A stretch of 58,221 nt of DNA from contig NW_018408872.1 of NCBI RefSeq assembly GCF_002113885.1, positions 111,739 to 169,959 on the forward strand. The letters are read 5' to 3'. Shown here one piece after another: positions 1 to 14,070 of this stretch (position 1 is the first letter of the stretch; every line of letters begins with the position of its first letter). The DNA is from Mizuhopecten yessoensis (Eukaryota). A program made the position numbers and the translations under genes. The notes beneath the pieces are model-generated. The model worked only from the letters and a program-made list of their open reading frames with translations, made no database searches and was not told the origin of the DNA.

Positions 1-83
1 CAACTCTTATAATACGAGAAGTCATATAAAATGTGTGGTTTGTGAAACTGTACACACAGCTACTGGGACCTTCCAAGACTTAC

Positions 84-3000
84 ACGGAGCATAAAACATC
101 ACCAACATTGGACCCTTTTCTTTCTTCAGTAGCTTGTTAAAACTCTGAAAAGGAAACATCATCAGCAAATACATGTACAAGACCTCCCCATATGTATGGA
201 ACAAGATTACCTCAGGGCTATTCATTACATAAACATATGGAATGTTGGTGATGATGGGGAACTAGGTAGGGGGAGGAACTTATAAATATATAGGTGATTG
301 GACTAGGTGGTGAGGGTAACAAAAATGTACCTCCCTGCTACACTCCACTCCCCATATTAAGTTAATTTCTGGAATAAATATTGTCTTTCATAGCATTATA
401 TTCAATACAAACTTTCATTTATTTCTGTTATCTTGTAGTAATTAGTTTGCTTCTTCAGCAGTCAGAACTCATTACAGGATTATACAAGGTAATGATAAAC
501 CTTAGTCTAAGATATTTGGTTTTTCATGCATACCTGAAGGTGGTCTACTATCTCATTTCTTTCTCATATATTCTATTTATCAATTACAAACAATTGTAAC
601 TTAATACTTATCATTTGGTAATAGCATTGCAATTAGTATAACCAGTATTTATAAAGCCTGATATATAGAATTACTATAGATATTGCAGATTGATAAACCA
701 AACCTATAGGCCTAAGGGATGATAGCCAATCAAAGGAAGTTTGATTTCATACTGCATTGTGATATCATCACCGAGATCGTAAGTCAGATTACCTGAGGGG
801 TGTCAGGGTGTAAAACATCTCCCGCATCAGGTTCCTCTTCCCACGGAATGTCTCCAGTAGGGTCCAACAGGAAGTTTACCATTGACTGAATGGATATGTC
901 ACATGTTAACCCAGGTACGAATAACAAGGAGATAAGCAACATTTTCTTTAAACTTTTAGAAATTTCACTGCATATAAAACTTCAATCACAACAACTTAGT
1001 TCTAATAAGCCAAATCATTGCAAACAATCAATTGTCCCCAAACTTATAAGAGGATCAAACAGGACCACATGGCAGGCTATGGGTATGTGGTACTTATGTT
1101 ATAAGCTAAAGGGGGACACTGAAGTTATAGAACACACGAAATTCCCCTTTTGCAGAAGAACCCACATTAGAAGTTGTTTATCTAGCTCTAGATCTGTACA
1201 CATAGGTTTCAAGAACAATTTTTCTATAGAAACTGCAGAGAAGTTGATTGTAACAGGTATTTTGAGCAACATTTGGCCAATTTATACTAACTTTCTTCGC
1301 CATTTTTCTGTCATATTCTTTGTTGAAACTCCCATCTCTGAAAAAATTAAGCACATATTAAGAGATCTGCTATTCCCTCTTTGCATATTGCAGAGTTATC
1401 TTCTCTTGTAGGCAGGTATTAATTGTTGGGTTATTGATTTGTGTGAGAAAATTACGTCGTTTTCTCAGAAAATAATGACGTAAATCTCACAAACAAATGA
1501 CGTAACAATCAATACCTGCTCTCAAGAACAGATAACTCGGCAATACAAAAAGACGGAATACTAGTTTACTTGTAATATTTCAATAGCTTTAAAGACTTCA
1601 GTTCCACCAAACAAAACTTATTTTTATTCCTTAACTTAAATTTCTCCACAGGGAAAGTATTGCATTATTGAGATAATTCAACATATATGGGAAACTGGGG
1701 CCAAAACTAATAGTCACACTGCATTTTCATGAAAAAGCCTGAGTTATGTTAACCAAATAAACAATTTCTGCAAGAAAACTACTTTCAAATAGCAAAATAA
1801 TAAATTTGTAAGGCTAAAATAAACACTTATAGAACCATTTGCTTAATCTTAAATTTGTTTCCACAAGTTAAAATATACTTGTAATCTTGCCTGAGCTATG
1901 ATAATCAAACAATTCCAATGTAAAGTTCCTGTCACACTCACTTAAAGTGCTTTAGTTCCATAGGTTTAGGGGAGGCCTTCTGGTTCTTACATAGCTTCTT
2001 GCTTTCACTGAAATATCAAAGTAAACTGATTAATTTCTGTAAAATATACAAATATCCAAGCTACCTCTTCGAAAGAATTTAAGTCCAATCTTATTAAAAT
2101 AGGACAGTGTTGTAATTTAGCCCTACTACTGATCATACACTCCAACATTAGTACAGAATACTTGTATAGTACTTTTCCAGTAATTGTAATGGAGTGTATC
2201 AGTAATGGAGCGAAGTTACAAATGAAATTTTAATCAGATTGAGCGTAATACAAGATCTAATTATAGAAATGGAGCTAAGCACAAATCCTTATGTATGCTG
2301 AAGGTCCCACACTCAGACAGAACTATACAAGTTTGGACTTTCATATTCATGGATATAAGTTTAGTCAATATCCAAATTTAAAACAGATATCAAACGAGCA
2401 AATTCGTGGAATTTATATCCCCGGCTTGCAGGACATATTGTACACTGTAGGTTAACATTATTGAGGTTAGGTTTAAACACGTGAGTATCGTGCTGTTGAG
2501 ACATAATCTATAGCTTGAAACTTGAATAAAAAAAAAACTTTACCTCATTGATTATTCGTAAATATGCACTAATCACATCGGTTGGCAAACTTAGCATGAG
2601 TCGGATGTGCATACAGAATTTGGTTGAAACATATGAACAGTATCTACAGCAATTATCACACGAAAACCAAAGATGGGTGGAAAGACAGAGGATCACAAAC
2701 ATTGTCATCAAGTTGGAAGGAATTTGGCTAATATTTGCTAGAGTTATTAAGCAGAAACTGCAGATAATGAAGTTTTTCATTATTCAAGGGGCTATATAAC
2801 TCCGCCCAATGGAGACAGACAGACAGACAGACCCAAATTAATATCCCTCATTTCGGTGAAAGCGGGGGATAATAAATTAAATCTAGAAGACGATCATTAA
2901 TAGATCCTTGATAAAGGTATACAAACATTGAACAGACAAAGCTTCGAGTTACAGTTACAAATGTATACATCAGCCTGTAATTAAACTAATTAAAGATTGT

Positions 3001-6000
3001 TACTTATTTTGAGAAATTTTCCATTTCATTCCAGTAATACCAATACTGATTTTTGTATTACAAAACATGCTATTAAACATCCTCAAAAGTACACAATGCT
3101 AAATTATCTCTACATGATTGATTCCTCTTTGTGAGCAAAAGAAAATGAAGAAATGCTACTCTATGAATATTTTTCGATCATTTTTAAACAAAAGATAACA
3201 TTATATATGTGGCAAAGCTTTTTTAAGTATGTGGTTATAGGTCTAAATTAGCTGTGTTATTACAAGGATGTTACTTACATCATCTGAGAGAGAAACATAA
3301 ATCATTGCAGCTGTAAGATATACCTTTTTATTTGTAAGTAAAAGTGCTTATTGTTCTTTAATGATTGACAGCATTTGACAAGATAATGGGTTTAGTTTGG
3401 ACAGCTCAGGAATACATAAGAAGCTAAAAATATCCACTTTGGCAAATATATGATGCATAATTTTCTCTAGTTTTGACTGTATTGTTTAATGTTGACAAAC
3501 AGCACAATATTCAGTCTGCACTGTACAAGTCAAATAACGAGGGGGAATCCAAAGTGTGCTGTGGGAAATTGAATCCCAAAACAGTTTTAAACTAGAACTG
3601 TAAGCCAAAGGCTAACTAATACCCTCACTGCTATATAAACCAGAGCTTTAAGTTAAAGGCTTACTAAGGCAAAGCATTGCAAAGCAATCCATAGTCTCCC
3701 ACAAGTATCAAGTGTTTCGCACAAAGGGGCATAACTTCATCAAAAAGGGTCGAAATCCTAAATTAAAATGCCGGTGCACAACTACGTAAGATACTGATCA
3801 TTCATGCAAAGTTTCAATGAAATCCACATGTTAGTAAAAGAGAAGTTGCGCGGACAAGTATTTCACAAAAAGGGGCATAACTCCATCAAAAAGGGTCGAA
3901 ATCCCAAATTAAAATGTTGGTACAAAACTACATAAGATACTGATCATTCATACAAAGTTTCAATGAAATCCACCTGTTAATTAAGGACGAATTTTCTGGA
4001 CAAGTTACTGCGCTCGACAGACAGACATCCAGACAGGGTGATTCCAGTATACCCTCCCTAACTTCGTTGCGGGGGTATAACAAGCTCTACTTATGTTCAT
4101 TCTGACCGACATAAAAACGTTCAGGGAGCATGGAGAGTTTCAGCCTACCTGCAGTCTACAAATGCCAGAGTAGCCTTCCCCTTCATCTCCGTAGCAACAT
4201 CATTGAACAATGGCATCGAGTTGGATACTGCTTTTTCTGGAATAGAAAATCAAAACCTGTTATAGACTAAATGATTACCCCAGTCACAACAGTTTCACAT
4301 ACTTCTTCTATCACAAAAATAAATCATTCAATTTCTGATAACTACCTTATTTATTACAGTAAACAGTTGACAATATACCCCATGTTATTAAATCTTGTCC
4401 AGTTCATTATTAATTACAGTAAACAGTTGACAATATAACATTCTACAAAACACCTTACATGATTTATTTATTTTTACTAACAATCTCTTGACTACTTCTT
4501 TATTAATTTCTTTTATAATTTCTCAATTATTAATTACTGTGAATGTCTGAAATATAACTTATAAAATAACATCAAATTTTACTTAATCTCTAGACTACTT
4601 CATTTGAAATTACTTTAGACTGCAAACATTAAATTTCGTCTGTATTTCATTATTAATTACTGTACAACAATCTACAAGATACCTTTCCAAGTTCAATATA
4701 TCACTACTTATAATATCGTACGGTTGTTCATTATTACACTCACTGTTACTGTATTATCTATAATTACCAGGAACTGTTAATCACTACACAGCTAATACTC
4801 CTAACCTTCATTAAGTAGCATGTACATGTACATACTTTGAAACTTTTAAACTTAAATAAATCAAACAACATTATTCCTTGTAAAAAAAAATGATGAAATC
4901 ATCCACAAAATTAATGAAAATGTGGAAAAAAAATCTCTATATATTTTACCTGATTTTGCAAATATAACTAAGAGGTTTGTTTTGGTGCGGAGAAGTTTTT
5001 TAAATTCTTTCGGATCATCGACTTCTGTGATGAGACCTCCTTTTGTGTTCTTGGCACCATCATGAGTAGGCACCAGGATCTGAAATGATGAAGTCACTAT
5101 AATTAGAATCAAATAAAGAGCAAATGGGTGGTCGGGTGCCGCAGTGGATAGCGGACTTGCCTTTCACCTAGGCGACCAGGGTGTGATTCCCCGAACGGAC
5201 GTAAAAAGGTAAGGGGTCACCTACCCGACAACGTGGGTTTTCTTCCGGGTTCTCTGGGTTTCCTCCCACAATAAGACCCCCCGTGCACTTACATCTGGGC
5301 CAACAAGAGTGATTAATAAAAGTTGAAATAACTTGTTTCTTAATTGTTGTAAAGTAAATTAAGTTTTTTATTTTAACAACCGATCCTCAGTCACAATGTA
5401 TAAGAAACTGCTCATGTACAGTATATACTATGTCTGTCTATCAATCTTTCATATGTAACAGGATTTTTAGTATATATGGTAAGCATGTAAGCATGTAAGC
5501 ATTATTGTACACATTTCTCACTAGAAATAAATCATGGGGAAAAAAACAAGAGAATTTATTTTTAAAAGGAAGAGTGCAAAATCAATTACTATATAGGGTT
5601 CATGTTATGTTAATGTGTATACTATAGGGTAAAAGAATCTTCTTCCAAGAAGAGAATTCACATTATAAGAAACTTGTAAAATGTTTACAGGTATGATGAT
5701 TAATAACTGATGCACATATTGAATATAACCATTAACATGTACAGCTCTCACTGGTAATTCTGAATTAATTCAGAAGTTAATCCAACTAAATTAAGTTTTC
5801 AATGGCGATATCTACAACACAAATGAAATATAAAATGTAACTGTAACATGGCTAGATATGAATTATATATGTATTCTTAACTGTAACACAATGCACAATT
5901 GCATCATGTCTAACATCTGGTAGAATTTAACTGTAACACCAACCACCTGTATGTTTAACTTGGCACGTATACCTGGTATCCTTAAACTATCCTTAAACAT

Positions 6001-9000
6001 TAAGGTATCTATTTATTATAAATCATATATATAAATTATTTCATTGCTTAATATCTCAAAAACAAATTGTTTGGTACACGTGTATGCACCCATAAATTTA
6101 CAAATGACAAAATATCGCAGCAGGAATGATCTGAAATACAGGCTGTCACCAAAGGAAAATAAAATCATTTGTAGCCGGATTTATTTCAGGAGCATAAAAT
6201 GGACTTTTATCACTACCGCATCATATCTACTATATTTAATACTCTTAAAATCCTGACTTGTTACCAATGTTACACATGTGACTAGCTTGATAATCTGCTG
6301 TGGTGGAGTGTAACATGTTGTTAAGCCTTGCCTTAAATATTACTGTACTACTGTAGAAAGATCGTGTGAATCATCCATGAATTAAATATTTTCACTTTTG
6401 TTTCTGGTAACAGCTGAAAGAAATACGGCTGGTATCGTCAAAATTTCTTCAAGATGGATACACAAGACTTTCAAAAAATTCTCCTTAAAATTTGCATAAA
6501 ACTTGCTTGTTAGCAGCCCTCCCTACAGATACACAATTTCGAGAAATGATTATCAAAAACAATGCTTTTGATTTGTCATTACAAATTACAATTAAAGGCA
6601 TTAAGTTGAAAACCTTTTTTCTGGTGACCGTGCTATATATATATATATACATTGTATACCAACGTTTGAATAGACCAACTTGTTTTATTTGTTTGTTGCT
6701 TTAATTTAAGTTAAGTTTTCACCATAAAAGGTTTATGCTTTAAACCTTTCAAGTCTTACTCGTATTAAAATGATTTACTGGAATATTACTGTGTTGACTT
6801 AACTTATCGTTATCATGATCAGAGATCCAAGGTGAAGGTCACAGAAATGCTATGAAACTTGCTGTGCTCAACAAGGCTCATATAAAAGTACATGTTTATG
6901 TGACTTACAATGTACATGACCCTAGATATAGTACGTAGTCCTTAACTAATATAACAGCAGAAACCTAATAGGCCAGCTGGACTCGGGTATGCACATTTTT
7001 TCCCTGCATCAATTTGTGAAAAGAGAATAAAGGTTACTTGGGCCAGACTGGTATTCGAATCCAGAACGTCCCGACAATAGAAACAAGTACAGTTGTTCGA
7101 ACAAACTTTGTCACCTGGCCCAGTCCTGCTTGTAAAACCCAAGACAAAATTAAGAGGAGGTTATTTCAATAAATTGATGTCTATAGTCTTATGAACTACT
7201 GCATGTTAACAGCAAGGATGCAAATGGAATCTAAGTAACCCCTGTAAATGGATTACATTGTAATTCATGTGTAACAGATGGCTAAAATTAGAATATGGTC
7301 CACTGATTCATCAATTTTATTGATATTACTGGCCAGTAATCTTAAATAAGCATACAATAATGTCGGAACAAATGCCTGCCAGCTTGCGCTAACATACTGA
7401 ATAATTCCAGATTGATTTTCATTTCACTGAAAATGTGTCAGCTTTTGTGAGTTTTCTTACATTGTAATTATCACTAAAAAAATGACAGCAACAAGTGAAC
7501 ATAGATTTATACAGCCAGTCTGGATGGCTTCCACCATGTTCAAGTCCATTTCCTGTACTTACATAGAATTGGTAGTATATATACAAATGTATATGATAGT
7601 TGATACCATTTATCTTCTGCCCATTGTTTAAAGGTCTTGGAACCTGGGTCTTTACCACAGAAATAATTTAGACAGCACTAAGAATGGGTTTATATATATA
7701 TAATATATAATATATGACTTAAACCCTGATTTTTCCTGATTTTTTTATGCTCAAATAGTTTCAAATAATGTCTCAAGAGCATACAACTTGTATATATACG
7801 ATATATACATTAACAAAACAAAAGTAGCAACCACAGTCCCATCTGAGCATATATGTGTGAACAATGCTAGGCGATCTCCTAAATAGATAACAAATGTTCT
7901 GGAAATGCCACTTAAACATATTTGCATATGTGTATGCAGCATTTTTTTTTTTTAATAAGGAAGTTAATAGCTCTATAAAAAAAAAAAATGTTATAATAAA
8001 CCATCTGTTAGCCGGAACTAAGTCCTATTAATACTATCCCCTGACTAATTTTCCCATGAATTGATTTTAAAATATATTTCCACTTTAGCCATATATTTAC
8101 TATATTAAGCTTTATATTATTCTACTGAAATCCTCTAAGAGACTAAGAATATAACCTTAATTTATGGTAAGACTTTATAACTCCTGTTACAAAAAACAAG
8201 TTAAGTAAAGGTTTTCATACTTATGAACAAGCGACAGAGAAAAAAATGTCTACAAATGCATGCTTTTTCACTATAATATTTCAAATACAATTAATTGCTT
8301 ATATACTATATAACATCAAGTGTTCATGTGTCCTCTCTTTCCTGGTTTGGAGCTTTCAAATTATTTCTTGGGTACAAACTCTTGGTTATAGCCCCTATAA
8401 CCAAATGTATTAACTTTTGCTGCTAGCCATGTGACATAAAATGACAAAGAGTCAAATTCATCATACTTCTCTGTTCTTGTCAATTAATTAAAATAATGAT
8501 CACACATTAAGTAAATATGACTGCAGTGGGAGTGTTGACATCATGCTAAGAAAACACTGACCTGTTCTTGTGTTGCCCTGTAGGCCTACCGTTTCACTTG
8601 ATTGGTCACATATATATTTAATTAATCAATAATAAGTTATATTTAAAGGGTCTGGTTGGGGAAAAAATGTCATATTTGCTAAAATGGCATACACATGTTT
8701 AAAATACCTTCTTATGAAATATACCGATTCAAATTTTGCTGAAATTCACTCCTTAAGAGTAAAAATTATAATTATATTAAAGAAATCCTAAATCGTCACC
8801 TGACAGTCTAAAACTCTCAAATGACCCAGATCAGTGATGAAATTTTAACGCATGCGCGTCATCAACAAGGCCAAATGTAAACATCGCGGCGAAAGAAAAA
8901 GATGCATGCAAAAGTCATGACAGGCACGAGGTATCAATACCGTTATATATAACAACAACATATAGGTAGGAATACTACACTTGCATCTTACATGACCTTT

Positions 9001-10921
9001 GAAAACAATTATTTACTTATAGCATTGCTGTCTTGTCCGCTAGTTCGACATGGCTGATAGTCGGCGTGCTATTGTTGTTATGTTGTTATCTTCACTGCCT
9101 CATTTTCGAAACAATCATGTGACATTTATAAATAGATCTGCGCTAAATTTACGCAGGGCTTCCCCGAAGTTTTCAGTGGTCAAAATTGGACATTGCAAGC
9201 AGATCTTGACCATCATATTGCCATGGTATAACTTTTGGAAGGCCAGAGAACACATTTGGACCCATTTATTTTGAATTTTTTTCCCCGACCAGCCCCTTTA
9301 ACAATAGATTGAAAACAAATGTCCATTTAGTTAAAAACATGCATTTATTTTTAATGAGTTCAATTATTTAAAATATTCGTTTATGAACCGCTGTGTCAAT
9401 GTCAGATGGAAATTTGAAATCGGTACAAATAAACTAGAATAGCAACACTGTCTGATGGAATACAGAATTGCCATGAAAATGCGTACATTTTAGAGCTACA
9501 ATTACTTGAGTACATCAGTCGTGAAGCCAACTCCAGCTGCTTGGCTCGTTCGACTTTTCATTGTCATAGTACTTATCCTATCTATTTGTCTAACAGGTTT
9601 GACATGTCACGCCTGACAGATCTTTTAACTGTGCATCACATTTACTTGTACTGCGAAAATGCCTCTGACTAAGACTACAGTCTACCGGTATCGATCACAC
9701 TATAGTGTGTTGAAACAGGTGTCGGTTAAGGACGTTGGGTAATTACAGAATTAACAGTAGTATCTTTACATAATAGCATGTGTACTGTTTTGCAACACGT
9801 ACATATGATCAATAATTATCACTCAAGATTTGATAGAAAAATACTTGACGATCTATAGGACCAACCTCAGATAACTCATACCACATATTCCTCGTACTAT
9901 TGTGGGTGTTTACTGTATATATTGTAAATATTTTACAGGAAATCACTCAACCATGTTATTCAAGTAAATACACCAGAGTTGAACACACAGTTCTGTGTAC
10001 ACATGACAGTACACCCTAATGCTGACATACACAGCTAAAAAGTGCCTGCCAATCTGATCATGTTAGGCCATTGGACCACATTCAAGAAGTTTGATAATTA
10101 TGGGTACTGGGAATCATAACATTTTTTTAGCATATTCATGCTATTTGTTGAATCGTTCAGAATCTTTTATGAACTGTTACAACTTAACTTAAGCTTACAA
10201 TGCTAAACGAGTTTGAGTAAATTTTAGTATACGACTAATTACATTTTCATAATAACATAACAGACTTGTCATTTGTGTTAGACCTATAGGCCTACTTTCG
10301 TTTTAAATCCATATCAGTGTTGGACATTAGTTCTGGGCTCACAATTTGTCTTCCGTGTGCAGCTTCCTTGTAACATATAGCACTGTAACCGAATAAAGAT
10401 ACAGATGTTTATAGCGAGACATGAAGTGACTAAGAGTTTTGCTACGTAACACAGATCCCTTCAGGTGTCATTCTACCTGATTGCCTCCATGTGATCTGTC
10501 ACCCGTGCTCTTGTCGACACAGCAACTGCAACATGGCGACCATCCGGCACCGGCTAGTGAAAGCGAATAGCTACGTAACTAAGACTAGTGCATACCCATA
10601 TCACATTTTCATAATACCCAATCAAAGTATGCAATTTGTTCAATAAACAAACAGTGCTCAATTGAGGAGCAAGACTGTCAAAATAAACACGAAAACGGTC
10701 ACAAAAATGTGGAAGATTACCACACTAGGCCCTTAGGCCTACCACAGGGATGCCGAAAATTCTTTGGGTGTCGTCCCAACACATCTAAGACACCGTTTCG
10801 TTTTTTTAACTTCCTAAGTAACCGGTTTTGTACTAGTTACAAGCCATTTAGGTATTCAAGATTGATCTGCACTCACCAACAGCAAAAACATTGTCCAAAG
10901 AGGCGAAGGTAGGTCCATCAT
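84..10921 (-). CDS. PDIA5: Protein disulfide-isomerase A5 (PDIR); 7 5' exons, gene continues beyond the left edge
   Basis: Exons 10921-10877, 5079-4950, 4236-4149, 2007-1942, 1337-1292, 885-793, 144-84, all GT-AG and phase-consistent. Translation: MMDLPSPLWTMFLLL|ILVPTHDGAKNTKGGLITEVDDPKEFKKLLRTKTNLLVIFAKS|EKAVSNSMPLFNDVATEMKGKATLAFVDC|SESKKLCKNQKASPKPMELKHF|KDGSFNKEYDRKMAKK|SMVNFLLDPTGDIPWEEEPDAGDVLHPDTPQ|SFNKLLKKEKGPMLVMFYAP(W). Signal peptide, PDIR N-domain and start of the first thioredoxin domain match PDIA5 as recalled. Exon 1 is the least certain. Confidence 0.93.
1371..1560. mobile_element. Palindromic (foldback) MITE in a PDIA5 intron
   Basis: TATTCCCTCTTTGCATATTGCAGAGTTATCT mirrored by AGATAACTCGGCAATACAAAAAGACGGAATA; imperfect palindrome throughout. 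Confidence 0.65.
3590..4081 (+). mobile_element. pearl/HINE-like non-autonomous Helentron derivative
   Basis: AAACTAGA start, two ~150-bp tandem core repeats (AAAGGGGCATAACT...), GACA microsatellite and terminal ATACCC...GGGGGTATAA hairpin. A similar 3' end lies at ~2810-2875. Confidence 0.7.
5126..5372 (+). mobile_element. tRNA-derived SINE with V-type central domain
   Basis: A box GGTGCCGCAGTGG, decayed B box GTGTGATTCCC, V-domain CGTGGGTTTTCTTCCGGG...TTTCCTCCCACA; paralogous to 46816-47070. Confidence 0.8.
8647..9297. mobile_element. Non-autonomous Kolobok-type DNA transposon
   Basis: TIR AGGGTCTGGTTGGGGAAAAAA versus rc AGGGGCTGGTCGGGGAAAAAA; TTAA on both sides (8643-8646, 9298-9301). 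RR..YY termini with TTAA indicate Kolobok. Confidence 0.75.
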
Positions 10922-10946
10922 CGTCGCTATCCTCGCTGCTAACACA

Positions 10947-10960
10947 CACGTGCCACGTAA
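10947..10960 (-). promoter_or_regulatory. UPRE-like (XBP1/CREB3-type) CCACGT motif overlapping an E-box, just upstream of PDIA5
   Basis: CACGTGCCACGTAA 26-39 nt upstream of the PDIA5 ATG; fits an ER-folding gene. Function is inferred. Confidence 0.4.
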
Positions 10961-11154
10961 AAATGACAACACATGGGAAATATATTTATGGGATTGCTAC
11001 ATGATCGCAACTTAGTGAATAAAAACGAAACGCAACAAGCTGGTGAGTACCTGAGAAATTTTGCACCGGTTCGTACAGGTAAAGATAAGACGCCTAGCCT
11101 ATCAGTGGAAAAGAAAGATATTGCTTCAAGATATTAACAGAGCTAAGACATATT

Positions 11155-14070
11155 TGGTTAAAACGGCCCAAGGTAATATCTAGACCCAAGTGAAATCGGT
11201 CCAAGTTAAAATCGGCCCTATATATGTATCTATTTGTTAAATACATGTGATACATTTATAACTACAATTATATTTAAATAAATATATTCAGGGATTTATT
11301 TTATTACTTACATGTGTTGTTGTTTTGTTCTAATTGCCTTACACTGTTGTTATAGCTGAGTAGCTCAGAATTAACTCTTGAGTACCTCATCACCGCCTCA
11401 ACTCCAGGTCGCCAATCAAATGTATTCACGCAATTTGTGATAGATATGATTGATTTTCCTGGACAATCACTTTCAATTGACTTACATCAATTGAACAACG
11501 ATCGATCCACTTTGCACCTAATCATCATGAGCGAAAACTGCTTATATTGTGACCTTGTGGTGAGGCCGAGGCAGCATGCGTTGCAGTGCGACGGATGTAG
11601 CAGATGGCAACACAGGACTTGTAATACTGGTAAGTAATTCAAATATAGTTTCCATACAAAATGCGAGAATTTCTTTCGGCCATAAAAGACATACATTCTT
11701 AATCGTTATTAAAGTAACTAGATTTCATTAGAGTGTATATAACAATAATATAATGAAATGACGGACAAATAGTCTATAATGAAATCAAGTTTATGTATAT
11801 TCCATTTATGGCCGAAATATCGTTTCATTTGATACTAGCGCTCGAACAAAATACATGTACGGGCACTGAGTATCTAATGAAATCATGTTTCTCTTAAGCA
11901 TGTACACGTATGTCGATATTTATGTCGGGGGGGGGGGGGNTATAGTTTATCACAGGAATTAATAGAAGAATCTATCACTGACCAGAGGGTGAGATATTTT
12001 TGAGGTTTAGCACTCGGCTTTAAAAAAAATATCTCATCCCGAGAGATAATGTTGTTATGAATAGGCGATTGGACGTAGAAAAGGATGATGTTGAACTTAT
12101 ATTGTTAAAACATGTTTAAATATCTTAGTGGAAGTTGGTTTTTACTTTTGATATCGTTTATTTGTTGTTAATAATCATTTAACTTTAGTATTTGTTTTTC
12201 ATAGGTATATGGACGGGACACGCAGCTGGGGAGTGTTCATGCGTTCCTACAAAAGGACGAATGTTTGAAGCAGATGCCGCTACTATTCGTCTTGATGTCT
12301 CGACATCGAGCACAGGACTACATTGCTTTAAGTTATTACAATGAAATGATATAGAATAACTTGTTATTTGAAAAGACTAATAAAACATACCCAGAGATAC
12401 TTTGATTTTATTTTCCAATCAGCTAAAGCGGATATATATAAAATAACAAAAAACACTCTACACATATTGACATTAGCTTTATTCGTCATAATTAATCAGT
12501 TCTTCCTTTATAGATTCTTCGCCGACTCTTGGAGGAGATCCGGCAGTGGAGGGGGCAGTGATGGACTTTGAGACAGATAAGTTTGATGAAAAGCAGGTGT
12601 AAAAAGTTGCAGTACTAAACATCAGTGAATCTTACATGGAAATAGTTATTCGCTTATGATTTTTGGGTGACTCGCTAACGCGCGGTCATTGTACTACTGT
12701 GTACCGAAATTCTTGGGAGAGCAAGTGGTCTGAAGCTCACGCTTGATAAAACGTGAGCTTCAGACCACTCGCTCTACCAAGAATTTCCGTTCGATCCCCA
12801 GCGGTGGTAGAAAAAAGAGAGTGATGTCTGATAGGGTTAGTTGTTATCCCTCCGATGGCACGTACGGTGGTTTTCCCCCCGTAAACACCATTTGTTCCCT
12901 TAGCGGCGTCGTAATAAAAACTCTACAGAGCTTATGTTTGTTGTTGACAATTGTACACGACGTTAAATAAAGATTATTTTTATTATTAAATTCAACGTCA
13001 TTAATAAATTGTCAAAACTGATTGTGACCTAACTCATAAAACTTTTACTTGTTACATCTCTCTTTTCATTTGAGCCTGTTGGAATGCGGTCAGCACCGAT
13101 CTTCCAGGAGTGGACCTTCGGGGTGTTCTTTCCACTGGTGCCAGGCTGTAATGAGGAAGGTGGTGAACCTCGGACTAAGGACAACGTATATGAAACGTGA
13201 AGGTACGTATGATGATGATGATGATGATGATCGATGAAAAATAATGTTACAATTTACAATTTAAGGTTACTGCGGTATGTGTTGGTGTCAACGAAACAAT
13301 AAGTTTCACCTAGAGTTTCATATTTGTTAAGTAAATTAAACATGTCACGCCATTATGTGTTACGTCATTATGTATGCAATGTAGGTGCCATACTTAGTAT
13401 CCTACTGATTGGTGTTTCAGGTGTTTACTGCTTCACCAGGAAGCTCCTGGCACTTCCCTTCCTGCCTGCCACCGAGATCGAGCCAGCCTTCGCCCGGATG
13501 TTAGCCTTAGCATCTACTCCAGAGCTGCGACAGTTGGTAGAGTATCTGCACCGGGTCTGGTTCCACGTACAGCTCAGTTTGGACTCCAGCCAACTGGTGT
13601 ATGTATCGTCAGTCAGTTCGCACCATAAGAATTTTAAAACTGGTGCAACAATTAAGGTAAACTAACCAAACCTTTAACAGATTTTATATTTAGTCAAAAT
13701 GACAAGCTTCGTATATGTTAATTCATTACGAATTTACGTGAAAATGTATAATTCCACTGGCAATTTTAAATATAGATTCTACATGAAATAAAATTTTGTG
13801 TTTTGTGTACCTATGATTTGATAAATTTTATCATTATGATTTCTTTTTACAGGATGGCACCGCAGGATGAATGGTAAAGCCGGCCGACCAAACCTCCCCT
13901 TCTACCTCCTGGTCCCTCTCATGAAGAAGGAAGGAGAGATCGTCAATCTCCAGAGCAGGGGAAGATATTTGACCTGTGGGACCAGCTCGACTCTCGGGAT
14001 CCGGACAGTCGCCTGACAACATCGGACTTTCTGAGGAAGGTTGGCGCCATCTACGCAACCAGAGAGTGAT
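11155..14070 (+). mobile_element. Degenerate intron-containing Mutator-like (MULE) transposon with N-terminal PHD finger
   Basis: Subterminal AAA(A/T)CGG(C/T)CCAAG-type repeats at 11155-11220; PHD-like exon 11527-11629 (CLYC...ALQCDGCSRWQHRTC, donor gtaagt); MULE-type motifs GCSFHWCQAVMRKV (13121-), KLLALPFLP (13441-), W...NW...VRT and GWHRRMN...PFYLLV (13852-). Frameshifts near 13120 and 13570. Boundaries approximate. Confidence 0.8.
12664..12975 (+). mobile_element. Probable tRNA-derived SINE interrupted by an 82-bp palindrome, nested in the MULE
   Basis: B box GTTCGATCCCC at ~12789; GGTGGTTTTCCCCC domain; tail ACGACGTTAAATAAA; hairpin at 12706-12787. Confidence 0.55.

Noticed and set aside
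890-1411. 173-aa plus-strand ORF
   Set aside because: Antisense to a PDIA5 exon and intron, runs into a MITE, and has no recognisable domain.
10477-10543. Alternative PDIA5 first exon
   Set aside because: The long frame hits TGA, and the short ATG-GAG-GCA-ATC-AG exon is out of phase with exon 2 and lacks a signal peptide.
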